The notes: generated from the sequence alone by a model not told the origin. A stretch of 32,000 bases of DNA from Candidatus Electrothrix sp. GW3-4 (GCF_037902255.1 NZ_CP147990.1:1020001-1052000), one strand, 5' to 3'; counted from the stretch's first letter, positions 23,746 through 31,865 are shown. Numbers and translations are program-made.

Positions 23746-25005
23746 TTAGCTTGCGGAGAAACCAAAATCACAGGAAGTTGAGCGCTGTTTTCTCGGCTTC
23801 CCTTTGTGTTTTCGGGGGGAAGTGGATGCACTTCTTTTTTTCTCATGTGTCTTGGTCGACGGCGCAGCTGATGAGGCGTTCTGGTTCTTCGTGTTGAGCC
23901 CGTCAACGGTCTTACGGGAGATGTTCTTCCCTAGGCTGCGTTCAACGGACCGGATCATCTTGACGTCTTCTTGTGTTGCAAAGGTGTAGGCATCACCTGT
24001 CTGCTGTGCTCTGCCGGTTCGTCCGACTCGATGCGTGTATGTTTCAACGGTATCTGGCACGTCGTAATTAACAACATGAGAAATACCTGACACATCTATT
24101 CCCCGGGCAGCGATATCCGTGGCCACCAGGATGTTGAATGTACCTGTCCGAAAGCCGTCCATAGCCTTTTTGCGTTGATTCTGGGACAGGTTCCCCTGGA
24201 GGGAGGTTGCCTTGAATCCGCATTGTTGCAGTTGTCTGGCCAGGTTCTTGGCCTTATGCTTGGTCCGGGTAAAGACAAGGGTGGTGGTCATCTTTTCATG
24301 CTGGAGGATATGCTTCAGCAGAGTTGTTTTTTGCCCTTGCGCTATCTGAAAAAGTGCGTGCCTGATGGTTGCTGTTGCTTTCTCGTGATCTATCCGAACC
24401 GTGGCCGGATTAGAGAGGATCTCTTCAACAAAACGGCGTATTTCTGTCGGCATGGTGGCGGAGAAAACCATGCTCTGCCGTTGGCGAGGTATCTGTTTGA
24501 GGATCCGGCGAATGTCAGGCAGGAAACCCTTGTCGCACATCTGATCTGCTTCGTCGAGAATCAGGATCTCAATCGAGGACAGATCAACCGTTTTCGAGTT
24601 GAGATGATCAAGCAGTCGGCCAGGGCAGGCCACGACAATATCCATGCCTTGCTTGAGCTTTTGTATCTGGCTAGCCTTACTCACTCCGCCGTAGAGGGTG
24701 CAGCTTTGCAGACGGGTACCCTGGCCCAGGAGCTGAATATTCTCATGGACTTGTTCGGCAAGTTCTCGGGTCGGGGTAAGGATCAATGCTTGTACTTTTT
24801 TTCCTGCTTTGCTCGTAAGTCGTTGCAGGGTCGGCAGGACAAAGGCCGCTGTTTTGCCAGTGCCGGTTTGGGCAAGTCCCAGGAGATCGCGGCCCTGTAA
24901 AAGATGTGGCATGGCCTGCTGTTGGATGTCCGTAGGGGTGCTGTAACCACATTTTTTGATAGCAGCTTCTATGGCTGGTTGAAAACCGAATTTTGTAAAA
25001 TTCAT
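23746..25005 (-). CDS. DEAD-box ATP-dependent RNA helicase (RhlE-like) with a basic C-terminal tail
   Basis: 419 aa. It has a Q-motif (TPTDIQ), [25 protein letters not shown] (DEAD), SAT, and [10 protein letters not shown]-like [10 protein letters not shown]. Confidence 0.9.
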   Translation of the reverse strand: MNFTKFGFQPAIEAAIKKCGYSTPTDIQQQAMPHLLQGRDLLGLAQTGTGKTAAFVLPTLQRLTSKAGKKVQALILTPTRELAEQVHENIQLLGQGTRLQSCTLYGGVSKASQIQKLKQGMDIVVACPGRLLDHLNSKTVDLSSIEILILDEADQMCDKGFLPDIRRILKQIPRQRQSMVFSATMPTEIRRFVEEILSNPATVRIDHEKATATIRHALFQIAQGQKTTLLKHILQHEKMTTTLVFTRTKHKAKNLARQLQQCGFKATSLQGNLSQNQRKKAMDGFRTGTFNILVATDIAARGIDVSGISHVVNYDVPDTVETYTHRVGRTGRAQQTGDAYTFATQEDVKMIRSVERSLGKNISRKTVDGLNTKNQNASSAAPSTKTHEKKRSASTSPRKHKGKPRKQRSTSCDFGFSAS

Positions 25006-25242
25006 GTAACCTCATGATATAAGCTCAATGAGCTTTTAAGTTCCTGCCTTTGTTCTGTTGCTGAAAGAGCAACTGAGACAGAAGAAAATACTGAGTAACC
25101 TGTGAAAGAGTACGACCAAGGGCGGAGTGTCAAATGTATCAACAGTTTTGTTTGTGTTGATAAGGCGTCCGAACTGGTCAATCAGGTCTGTTTATTGGTT
25201 TTTCGTAAAATTATAAGGAAGATTGCCGGTAAAAAGTTTCAT
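25002..25242 (-). pseudogene. Decayed RRM-type RNA-binding protein gene (in-frame TAA plus a frameshift), formerly coupled to the helicase
   Basis: AAGGAG sits 7 nt before the ATG at 25242. The ORF reads MKLFTGNLPYNFTKNQ, an RNP2-like start, then TAA. The same frame continues TDLIDQFGRLINTNKTVD. A second frame reads RPWSYSFTGY (a degenerate RNP1) ...[22 protein letters not shown]. That frame ends in a TGA overlapping the helicase ATG (ATGA at 25005-25002). Confidence 0.4.
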
Positions 25243-25608
25243 GCTGCTTCTCCTTAAAAGCCTTAAAAAATGTTCTTGTAAAATAAGGTTGGGAGAAACA
25301 GTCCGATGTCTGTAAAGAGGTTACGAAGTAAGCAAGCAGCTCTAGTGCAATACTTGCGATGTTATCTCTATATGGTAATAAGGGGAAACTTTTAAAGGCA
25401 CCAGAATGTGTACTGGACTCACCGTAATGACGATGAGGAAAAAGAAAGTGCTAAGGATTGCCAAATGCTAATTGAATATATAATACCCTTGTTTGGAGTA
25501 ATTGCAAGGTAAAAAATGAGTGTATGGTGAAATAAAAATATTATTTATTTTAATTCAGCATGTTGCAGATTCGTTTTTTTGCCTCATTCTGGACGGTGTC
25601 GAGCAAGA

Positions 25609-25643
25609 GGAAGCAGGGTGGTGGGGGCGGCCTGCTTCCTTTT
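25609..25643 (+). terminator. Orphan terminator-like hairpin: GGAAGCAGG, 13-nt loop, CCTGCTTCC, then TTTT
   Basis: Perfect 9-bp GC-rich stem (25609-25617 / 25631-25639) followed by TTTTCC on the plus strand. No annotated plus-strand gene lies upstream of it. Confidence 0.3.
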
Positions 25644-25800
25644 CCATACTCTGACCCCTTTTTCCGGGCGCTCCATTGAGTTACCGGATACACGGAAATG
25701 CCTTGGCACTGTTCTCCAATTAGAGTAGTCTGAGATTTTCTTTGTTGCGTCATTTATCCTGAGATATCTGGCTAAGCCTCCTCTTTTGACCAGGATACAT

Positions 25801-26469
25801 ATGACTCCCCCCTTGCGCATTCGTTACCAAACCATTGAGGTTGGTAGTATCGATATCCACTTATGTACGCTTCGTGATCGGCAACAATTTAGCGACCCTG
25901 ACAGGGTGGCCCGTGACCTTGGTATTTCCTCTGCTGCCTGGCCGATTTTTGGTGTGGTCTGGCCATCCAGTATCGTGCTTGCGCACTATATGTTGGGCTA
26001 CAAAATTGAGGGCAAGAGAATTCTGGAGATTGGGTGTGGGATGGCCTTATCGAGTTTGCTGCTTAATGAGCGACAGGCCAATATTACAGCTACTGACTAT
26101 CACCCTGAAGTCGAGTGTTTTCTTGAGCGGAACACGCTGCTCAATAACGGCCAAAATATTGCCTTTGAACGGGTCGACTGGGCTGATGACAAAAGCCAAC
26201 TTGGGCTCTTTGATGTTATTATTGGCAGCGACCTGTTGTATGAAGATCAGCATGTGCAGTTATTGGCTGATTTCATTCAAAACCATGCCCGCCCTCAGTG
26301 TGAGGTTATCATTGTTGATCCTGGCAGAGGAAGAAAAAGTAAGCTGAGTACCAGGATGATTGGATACGGTTTTACAAGCAGCCATGTTCAGCCGAAAGAT
26401 ACGGGTTATTTAGAGCAGGTTTTTAAGGGATATATTATTGAATTTTTTCGTGATACCTTTAGTGCTTAA
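25801..26469 (+). CDS. Class I SAM-dependent methyltransferase (Methyltransf_16 / protein-lysine-MT-like)
   Basis: The ORF-track start at 25786 is a TTG; I prefer the ATG at 25801. Motif I is RILEIGCGMALSSLLL. It also has ITATDYHPEV and VIIGSDLLYEDQHVQLL, typical of the Nnt1/METTL21-like group. Confidence 0.7.
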   Translation: MTPPLRIRYQTIEVGSIDIHLCTLRDRQQFSDPDRVARDLGISSAAWPIFGVVWPSSIVLAHYMLGYKIEGKRILEIGCGMALSSLLLNERQANITATDYHPEVECFLERNTLLNNGQNIAFERVDWADDKSQLGLFDVIIGSDLLYEDQHVQLLADFIQNHARPQCEVIIVDPGRGRKSKLSTRMIGYGFTSSHVQPKDTGYLEQVFKGYIIEFFRDTFSA

Positions 26470-26617
26470 TGCCCAGGATTGTCTTGTTAAAAATGAATGA
26501 CAGTCGCTATGAATGCCTTCGTGTTTCTTGCGAAGTTATTCTCTGATTCTTATAACCCCAGCCTGGGTGTATTTTTTGGGGCGACACCAGTACGCAGGTG
26601 GTGATTATGCCTTGATC

Positions 26618-27619
26618 TCAACGAATGTCCAACACATTGCCAAACTTGTGGTACTGCTGGAGGACGGTATTGACCTGTGCAATTCGCTCCTCAAGCGGGC
26701 CACTGACCCTAAAGAAGGGCACTCGTCGTTCGGCAAGATCACCGATGATCTGTTGCTGAAACCATTTCCGTTTTTGGTCCCCGCTCCGATCCCAGGTGTC
26801 TGCATAGGGAATATCCGTATCGCAGAGGAAGAACAGGTCATAGCGCCGTTCCGCCTCCCGTGCCAGTTGGGTCAGGAGCGGACCGGCACAACCATGGTAG
26901 TCTTTTGCAAAAACATAGGTGGTGAGAGGACTCGTGTCGCAGAAGAGGGTGTTGCGGCTTTCGAGCGTTAGCCTGTCCTCCCTGCGATTATGCTCAGGGG
27001 CTATCTCCTCGAACTGATCCAGGGTAATGCGTCGATCAACCTGGTGTTCCAGCCAGTACTCGGCCCCGTACTCTGGCATCCACCTTGTCTTGTGCTGCTT
27101 TGCCAAAGCACGAGCAAGGGTTGTCTTGCCTGTGGAGGGGGCTCCCATGAAACAGACCTTGGTTATCAGGTCAGCGTAGACGCAAGGGGGAATGTACTTC
27201 CGGCCCGCGAAATAATCGGCCCGGAGCTGCGTCCCACTGATGGGGACTGTCGAGCGTGCTTCGTCAACCCGTCGGTCCACGGCGTTGAGGGCCTGACTTA
27301 CGTGGTCGCCATAGAACTCACTGGAGTAGAAATGGGTAATGCGCAGACCGTCGAGCTTTTTGAGGATGTAGGTCTCCTGTTCATGGCATATCTCCGGTGT
27401 ATTGCCGTATCCTTCCGGTCCATCCCAGGCCTCGATGACCCGTACTGTTGGGTACAGCTCCTGTATCCACCCGGCCCGGACCTGAAGTGGCACGTCTGTT
27501 ACGTCCGTGGCATAGACCATCACCAGCAGCTCATCTACCTCGGCCAAGGCGGTCTCCACCATCAGCTGGTGTCCACGATGGAACGGTGCGAACTTACCCA
27601 GGGTTAGACCTCGTCGCAT
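26618..27619 (-). CDS. nadR: NadR-type bifunctional NMN adenylyltransferase / ribosylnicotinamide kinase, without an N-terminal HTH
   Basis: The likely start is the ATG at 27619 (MRRGLTLGKFAPFHRGHQ, the nucleotidyltransferase (H/T)xGH motif). The ORF-track start at 27724 would run far into pnuC. The kinase domain has the P-loop VCFMGAPSTGKTTLARALA. Confidence 0.8.
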   Translation of the reverse strand: MRRGLTLGKFAPFHRGHQLMVETALAEVDELLVMVYATDVTDVPLQVRAGWIQELYPTVRVIEAWDGPEGYGNTPEICHEQETYILKKLDGLRITHFYSSEFYGDHVSQALNAVDRRVDEARSTVPISGTQLRADYFAGRKYIPPCVYADLITKVCFMGAPSTGKTTLARALAKQHKTRWMPEYGAEYWLEHQVDRRITLDQFEEIAPEHNRREDRLTLESRNTLFCDTSPLTTYVFAKDYHGCAGPLLTQLAREAERRYDLFFLCDTDIPYADTWDRSGDQKRKWFQQQIIGDLAERRVPFFRVSGPLEERIAQVNTVLQQYHKFGNVLDIR

Positions 27620-28329
27620 GTTGCTTCTCCAGTGTCCTGCTCTTCTTTGAGCTCCGTTGCTTTTTTTGCACCCATGTGCCAACGCCAGGAGCCGAAGAGG
27701 GCGTTGAGGAGAAAGAGCGACCACATCAAGACCATCATATCTCCTGATTCACCCCCGGCCCTGGTGCGGAGGGTCCACATGATGATCGTGATGATGTTGA
27801 GCAGGATGTATAAGAACCACTGCTCCTTGTATCGCCACATCATCAGCAGGGTGGCCACGACGGAAAGGACGTTGGTGGTCGCATCGATAAAGGGGGTGTT
27901 CTGATGTGGGTTCTGCTCTAATACAAGACCAAGTCCTCCTGTGAGGAGGAAACAGAGCGCTGCTATGCATGCCCGCCAGGGCCAGGGAAGCTGGCGCATG
28001 ATAACGGTTTTTCCCGATGTCATGTGATACCGCCACATGACATACCCCAGGATCCCTGTTGGAATAAAGAAAAAGAGATTGAGATACACCTCGCCATAGA
28101 GATCATTGCCATAGGCGAGAATAGCGTAGGACAGGCTGTTATACAGGCCAATCAGGTATCCCTCCCGACGTCCGATGGCGATCAGACCCACGCAGAGTAT
28201 GCCGGAAAGGAAGATGCTCAGGTCGAAGAACCCTTCAGATAAAAAAACACTCAATATGCTTCCGGTAGCGGTGAGAAACACCAGCCAAGCGAGGTCAACT
28301 TTGTTGTATAACGATGTCTCTGCGTTCAT
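27604..28329 (-). CDS. pnuC: Nicotinamide riboside transporter PnuC
   Basis: 241 aa with about 7 TM helices. It has the PnuC-like WRYKEQWFLYILLNIITIIMW motif. It overlaps nadR by 16 nt, the classic pnuC-nadR pairing. Confidence 0.8.
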   Translation of the reverse strand: MNAETSLYNKVDLAWLVFLTATGSILSVFLSEGFFDLSIFLSGILCVGLIAIGRREGYLIGLYNSLSYAILAYGNDLYGEVYLNLFFFIPTGILGYVMWRYHMTSGKTVIMRQLPWPWRACIAALCFLLTGGLGLVLEQNPHQNTPFIDATTNVLSVVATLLMMWRYKEQWFLYILLNIITIIMWTLRTRAGGESGDMMVLMWSLFLLNALFGSWRWHMGAKKATELKEEQDTGEATCDEV

Positions 28330-28389
28330 TGTACCTCTCTTACGGTAGATGCTGTTGCTTTTGTTGGCTATAATTTACATTAACAAATC

Positions 28390-28445
28390 TTCAACCATTT
28401 CAACCATAGGGGAGTCAAAAAGTAAACAGCAAATTCCAATGGTTG
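28390..28445. promoter_or_regulatory. Candidate operator upstream of pnuC: TTCAACCAT x2 in tandem (28390-28407) plus an inverted ATGGTTG (28439-28445)
   Basis: Read directly. It lies 60-115 nt upstream of the pnuC ATG, next to a possible minus-strand promoter (TTGAAG, 16-nt spacer, TATAGC). Confidence 0.3.
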
Positions 28446-28534
28446 CGCGGAAAAATGCAGATCAGGATATCACCGTGTAGAGATAGAGGGAAGGGGGGGA
28501 CAGGTGAGAGTCTCAACGCCAGAGGGAAAAGGAA

Positions 28535-28566
28535 AACCGGGTTACGCGTTGAGCACGTACCCGGTT
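28535..28566 (-). terminator. Intrinsic terminator for the 59-aa gene: AACCGGGU ... ACCCGGUU, then UUCCUUUUCCC (minus-strand RNA)
   Basis: Perfect 8-bp arms at 28535-28542 and 28559-28566 with a 16-nt loop. The U-rich tract is encoded by the plus-strand GGGAAAAGGAA at 28524-28534. It starts about 50 nt after the stop at 28616. Confidence 0.4.
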
Positions 28567-28615
28567 GAGGGAAAAGACGAATTTAAAGAAACTTCAGTAA
28601 GATATCATTATGGGG

Positions 28616-28795
28616 CTACGCAACAGTTGGTATTGGTTCCTCAGAGAGAGCGAAGATCTCTATTAAGGTTTCGTATGTCTTATTTAGCGTCTGAATCGAT
28701 TTTTCAGCAATGGCGGAGGAATCGCTTTGAGCAAGTTCTTCGATTATTTTAATGGATTTTTCGAAAGCGTGTAATTGTTGCTGGTATGCAGGCAT
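28616..28795 (-). CDS. Small hypothetical protein, 59 aa, predicted all-helical (below the ORF-track length cutoff)
   Basis: AGGAGGAA lies 7-9 nt upstream of the ATG at 28795. Translation: MPAYQQQLHAFEKSIKIIEELAQSDSSAIAEKSIQTLNKTYETLIEIFALSEEPIPTVA. It has its own terminator downstream. It competes with the weaker plus-strand ORF 28504-28752. Confidence 0.45.
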   Translation of the reverse strand: MPAYQQQLHAFEKSIKIIEELAQSDSSAIAEKSIQTLNKTYETLIEIFALSEEPIPTVA

Positions 28796-29201
28796 GGCGA
28801 AGTTCCTCCTGTAGGTTTTCGTTTGAGAAGCCGGAAGCTTGATATTCTTGTCACCTTATTTTTTTTGACAAGAAAGACCGTCAGTTTTCACTGCCCGTCT
28901 TACTTTCGATAATTCAACTCGTTCGATTTTATTGCACTGTCTTTGCTAACCACATAGCTGGGTGAGGTATAATATGCCGTACAGATAATTATACCTAAGG
29001 GCTGTTGGTATAATTGTTTATACTTGTTTTTGTGTTGGAAAACAAATCATATCTGGTTTGGACCTAGAAAAAAGAAGTTAAGATGTAATTTGGAATGAAT
29101 TCATCTGGATAAATCAGTTGTTTTTTTAGAGGACAGCAGTGGGGCGCAGAAAGCTCTCGTTGGAAGCGGGGAGATTTGTGTCTCTGGTGCAAAATGGTGT
29201 A

Positions 29202-29235
29202 AACCTGATCCTCTGATATCTCAGAGAACCAGGTT
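29202..29235 (-). terminator. Stem-loop AACCTG-atc-CTCTGA-tatc-TCAGAG-aac-CAGGTT, about 110 nt downstream of the DUF4197 gene
   Basis: 12 paired bases with a symmetric internal loop, read directly. Only a weak U-tract (AUUUUG) follows on the minus strand. Confidence 0.25.
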
Positions 29236-29343
29236 GCACGCTGAAATAAGCATATGAGGCGCATCTTTGCGGAAGAGTCAATTTGCATTGTTCCGAGTTC
29301 GATGTTCAATATCCATAGGCACCTGTCGGAAATATCGCCCTTG

Positions 29344-30084
29344 TTATTTCGATAGAATACCGCCAAAAACATCCTTGAGCAGGGTCGTAACCTGGGCTTC
29401 GGGGTTTTTGCGGATTTTTTCCTCTTCCGCCGCCAGGATGGTGAACAATCCATTGATGGCCTTATCAGTAACATACTTATTCATGTCCAGTTCGATATCG
29501 CCTATAATGGCTAAAGGGCCGGAATTGGTGAGTCCGGTGGCATTGAGCAGGGATAGGGCTTTGCCCATGTCTCCGACCTTGAGTTTGCCCAGGTATTCAT
29601 CGTAGACTTTCAGGGCGTTTACCTCACCTAACGACTCCTTGACAATAGGATAAAAAGAATTTTTCAGGGCATCCCCGGAACTTCCCTGGAGATATTTTGT
29701 GGCAGCGGCATTCTTGCTGGAAAGTATCTCCATAGCATCATTAATCTGCATCCCTTTGATGGCCTTAATAAATATGTCCTGAGCCTCAGGGGCGGCCTTT
29801 TCTGCTGCTCGATTCATCTTCAGTACCAAGGTGTCGGAAATGGCACCACCCCCGAAACTCCGAATCATTTTATCCGCTTTTTGCAGTTTTTCCGGGAGAA
29901 GGATCTTGATATCCGGATTCTTGAAATACCCGTCTACGGCTCCTGCACTCTTCACAGCGGCCTTGATACCCACGTTCAGAGCCTCCTTCAGGCCATCAGC
30001 CGTTTTGTCATTATTCGCCAGGATCGGTTCGGCCATGAGGAAAAAAGTCATGCCTATCATCATGAAAAATATTTGGATTCTCAC
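29344..30084 (-). CDS. DUF4197 domain protein (secreted/periplasmic)
   Basis: 246 aa. The GTG start at 30084 is preceded by AAGGAG with a 6-nt spacer. It has a signal peptide (MRIQIFFMMIGMTFFLMAEPILA) and the DUF4197-like GLKEALNVGIKAAV...DGYFKNPDIKILLPEKL. Confidence 0.75.
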   Translation of the reverse strand: MRIQIFFMMIGMTFFLMAEPILANNDKTADGLKEALNVGIKAAVKSAGAVDGYFKNPDIKILLPEKLQKADKMIRSFGGGAISDTLVLKMNRAAEKAAPEAQDIFIKAIKGMQINDAMEILSSKNAAATKYLQGSSGDALKNSFYPIVKESLGEVNALKVYDEYLGKLKVGDMGKALSLLNATGLTNSGPLAIIGDIELDMNKYVTDKAINGLFTILAAEEEKIRKNPEAQVTTLLKDVFGGILSK

Positions 30085-30196
30085 CTTATGCTCCTTTTTT
30101 GCTTATTATTGAATCAAGAGTTCGTGCAGTAAGGATACTCGCGCTTGTCCCGTTACTATTGGTAGAAACTTTGTACTGTTTTCAACAGGATGGTTA

Positions 30197-30820
30197 TCAA
30201 GGAAAGCCGTTCTGCCTCGCCTGATGGAGGAAGTTGATCCCCTGCTCATCTATGGAGACAGGCTGCTGATTTGTCCGAAAATAAATTGCAGCGGCGAACT
30301 CAAAGAAGAGAGCCCGTTGCAGCATTTCTGGATAATCTTTGCCCACAGTCACTTGTCCGTGGTTTTGAAGAACCACCAGATCATGTTCTTGCAGGGCAGA
30401 GGTCACAGCCTGGGCCAGCTCATCTGAACCGGGCGTCATATAGGGGACTGTTGCAACCGGGCCGATATAGTAGGGGAGTTCAGGGATGAGGGGGAGGTCC
30501 TTGGCAGATTCTGTGTCCTTGCTGCATGCCAAGGTTGTGGCATAGGGGGATTGGAAATGGAGGACTGTGTTGATATCCCGGCGTTGCTTGAGGACAGCCT
30601 GATGAAAGCCGATTTCAATGGATGGCGCTTTTCCGTTGATGCAGACGCCGTCTTCAATGCGGCAGATTGCTATCTGCTCCTCAGTGAGATCCGAGAGCCA
30701 GGAACCGCTTGTGGAGATCAGCATGTGTTGCTCGTCCTTGCGGCAGGAGAGGTTGCCGCTACCGCAGAGGACTAAGTCGTGTTGGGCTGTTTTGTGGGCG
30801 GTGTTGATGAAGGAATTCAT
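30197..30820 (-). CDS. Class II aldolase/adducin-family protein
   Basis: 207 aa. It has GSGNLSCR, MLISTSGS, APSIEIGFHQAV, VLHFQSPYAT, PYMTPGSDELA and LQNHGQVTVG, which is the family pattern. Confidence 0.8.
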   Translation of the reverse strand: MNSFINTAHKTAQHDLVLCGSGNLSCRKDEQHMLISTSGSWLSDLTEEQIAICRIEDGVCINGKAPSIEIGFHQAVLKQRRDINTVLHFQSPYATTLACSKDTESAKDLPLIPELPYYIGPVATVPYMTPGSDELAQAVTSALQEHDLVVLQNHGQVTVGKDYPEMLQRALFFEFAAAIYFRTNQQPVSIDEQGINFLHQARQNGFP

Positions 30821-31077
30821 GTGGTTGTGGAGTTGAACCTGGGGAATTTCACATATCCACTCCAGGTTCCCTTTAACGCATGCAGGAGTGGTTCAAAAAT
30901 AAGACCGTGGGTGATCTTCTGTTCCGTATGCCTGGTAAACACCCTTCGTTATCGATGCTGGACATGGCTTCTGCCTCCGAGCTCGCTAGAAATATTGCAG
31001 GATAATAACTACACAAGTGATGTTGATGAATATGTGTGAAATATCCCCTGCATGGCCTTGTTTCTTGATTGGAGCAT

Positions 31078-31452
31078 TTAAAGTGTTATGTCAGATATCA
31101 TCTGCCTGATTGTTTCGCTAAGAGGAGGGAGATGTTTCTCACAAACCCAGAATATCTCCTCGGCATCAACATTGAAGTATTGATGGGCGATGATGTCTCT
31201 CAAGCCTTTTGCGCCTTTCCAATCAATCTCAGGATATTGCACGAGAAGCTCTCTCTTGGTTATTTTGTCGATGTTTTTTAAACTTTCTCCGATTGCTATC
31301 AGCTGCATGCAGATTGAATCCATCCGCTCCATGCCGAATGGAGAATCTGTAAAATCGGAAACCGTCTCGATTTGCTCGAAACGTTGCTGTATCTTTTCCG
31401 TTGCCTCCAGAAGCTGATGCAGGATATCCAGGACAAGGGTTTTGTCATACAT
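31078..31452 (-). CDS. hepT: HepT-like (DUF86) ribonuclease toxin of a type VII toxin-antitoxin pair
   Basis: It has the Rx4HxY motif RDIIAHQY. The ORF-track start at 31470 is a TTG. The ATG at 31452 (MYDKTLVLDILHQLL) gives an 8-nt overlap, ATGTATGA, with the mntA stop. Confidence 0.8.
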   Translation of the reverse strand: MYDKTLVLDILHQLLEATEKIQQRFEQIETVSDFTDSPFGMERMDSICMQLIAIGESLKNIDKITKRELLVQYPEIDWKGAKGLRDIIAHQYFNVDAEEIFWVCEKHLPPLSETIRQMISDITL

Positions 31453-31735
31453 ACCGGGCATCCTTTTCAATGCGTTTCTTGAGGTATGGATTCATGTTCT
31501 TTCTGTTGCGGATAAGATCGACAGGCTTGTTAAAGAGCGCCTCAAGTTCCTCTTTGATATGCACCAAGGTGTAGAGATCAGGATATGCGGTTTCGATAAC
31601 AACATCAATATCGCTTTTGTCGGTTGCCTGTCCGGTGGAGTATGAACCGAATATGCCGATGTTGTTAATGCCGTATTTGCTGGAATTTTCCCTTTTGTAG
31701 CGGGCTAAGATAGTTAAAATATCCGAGGGAGTCAT
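31445..31735 (-). CDS. mntA: MntA-like nucleotidyltransferase antitoxin
   Basis: 96 aa. It has the minimal nucleotidyltransferase motif IGIFGSYSTGQATDKSDIDVVIE (GSx10DxD) and lies upstream of, and overlapping, hepT. Confidence 0.8.
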   Translation of the reverse strand: MTPSDILTILARYKRENSSKYGINNIGIFGSYSTGQATDKSDIDVVIETAYPDLYTLVHIKEELEALFNKPVDLIRNRKNMNPYLKKRIEKDARYV

Positions 31736-31865
31736 GTTTGGTTTTCTCCAGAAAATTTGTTGAGTGAATCCTGTGTTACCTGAAGCGCATCAAGTAAGGT
31801 TTGTGAGTATTGGATATTGAGAAAGGATAATGGTTCCGCTGTACTTTTTTACCCGTTTGCCTCAT

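Noticed and set aside
23640-23906. N-terminal 89-aa extension of the csp ORF (the ORF track gives 155 aa).
   Set aside because: The extension overlaps the 3' end of the helicase gene and is basic and low-complexity. The canonical 66-aa Csp starts at the internal ATG (23639).
25002-25242. The in-frame stop in the RRM-like ORF as programmed recoding (selenocysteine or read-through).
   Set aside because: The stop is TAA, not TGA. A frameshift is also needed, and the downstream RNP1 is badly degenerate. Decay is the simpler explanation.
26618-27724. A full-length 368-aa NadR that might include a DNA-binding N-terminus and act as a repressor.
   Set aside because: The extra 35 codons overlap pnuC by about 120 nt and do not resemble an HTH. 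The conserved NMNAT motif begins right after the internal ATG at 27619.
28504-28752. 82-aa plus-strand ORF from the ORF track.
   Set aside because: It starts at a GTG, has no RBS, and its sequence is Arg-rich and looks non-protein-like. It overlaps a minus-strand 59-aa ORF that has a strong RBS and its own terminator. Its 5' part coincides with the inverted-repeat/terminator region.
29064-29605. ORFs 29064-29474 (minus, 136 aa) and 29267-29605 (plus, 112 aa).
   Set aside because: Both overlap the well-supported DUF4197 gene's 3' end or run through the AT-rich spacer. Neither has an RBS or any motifs.
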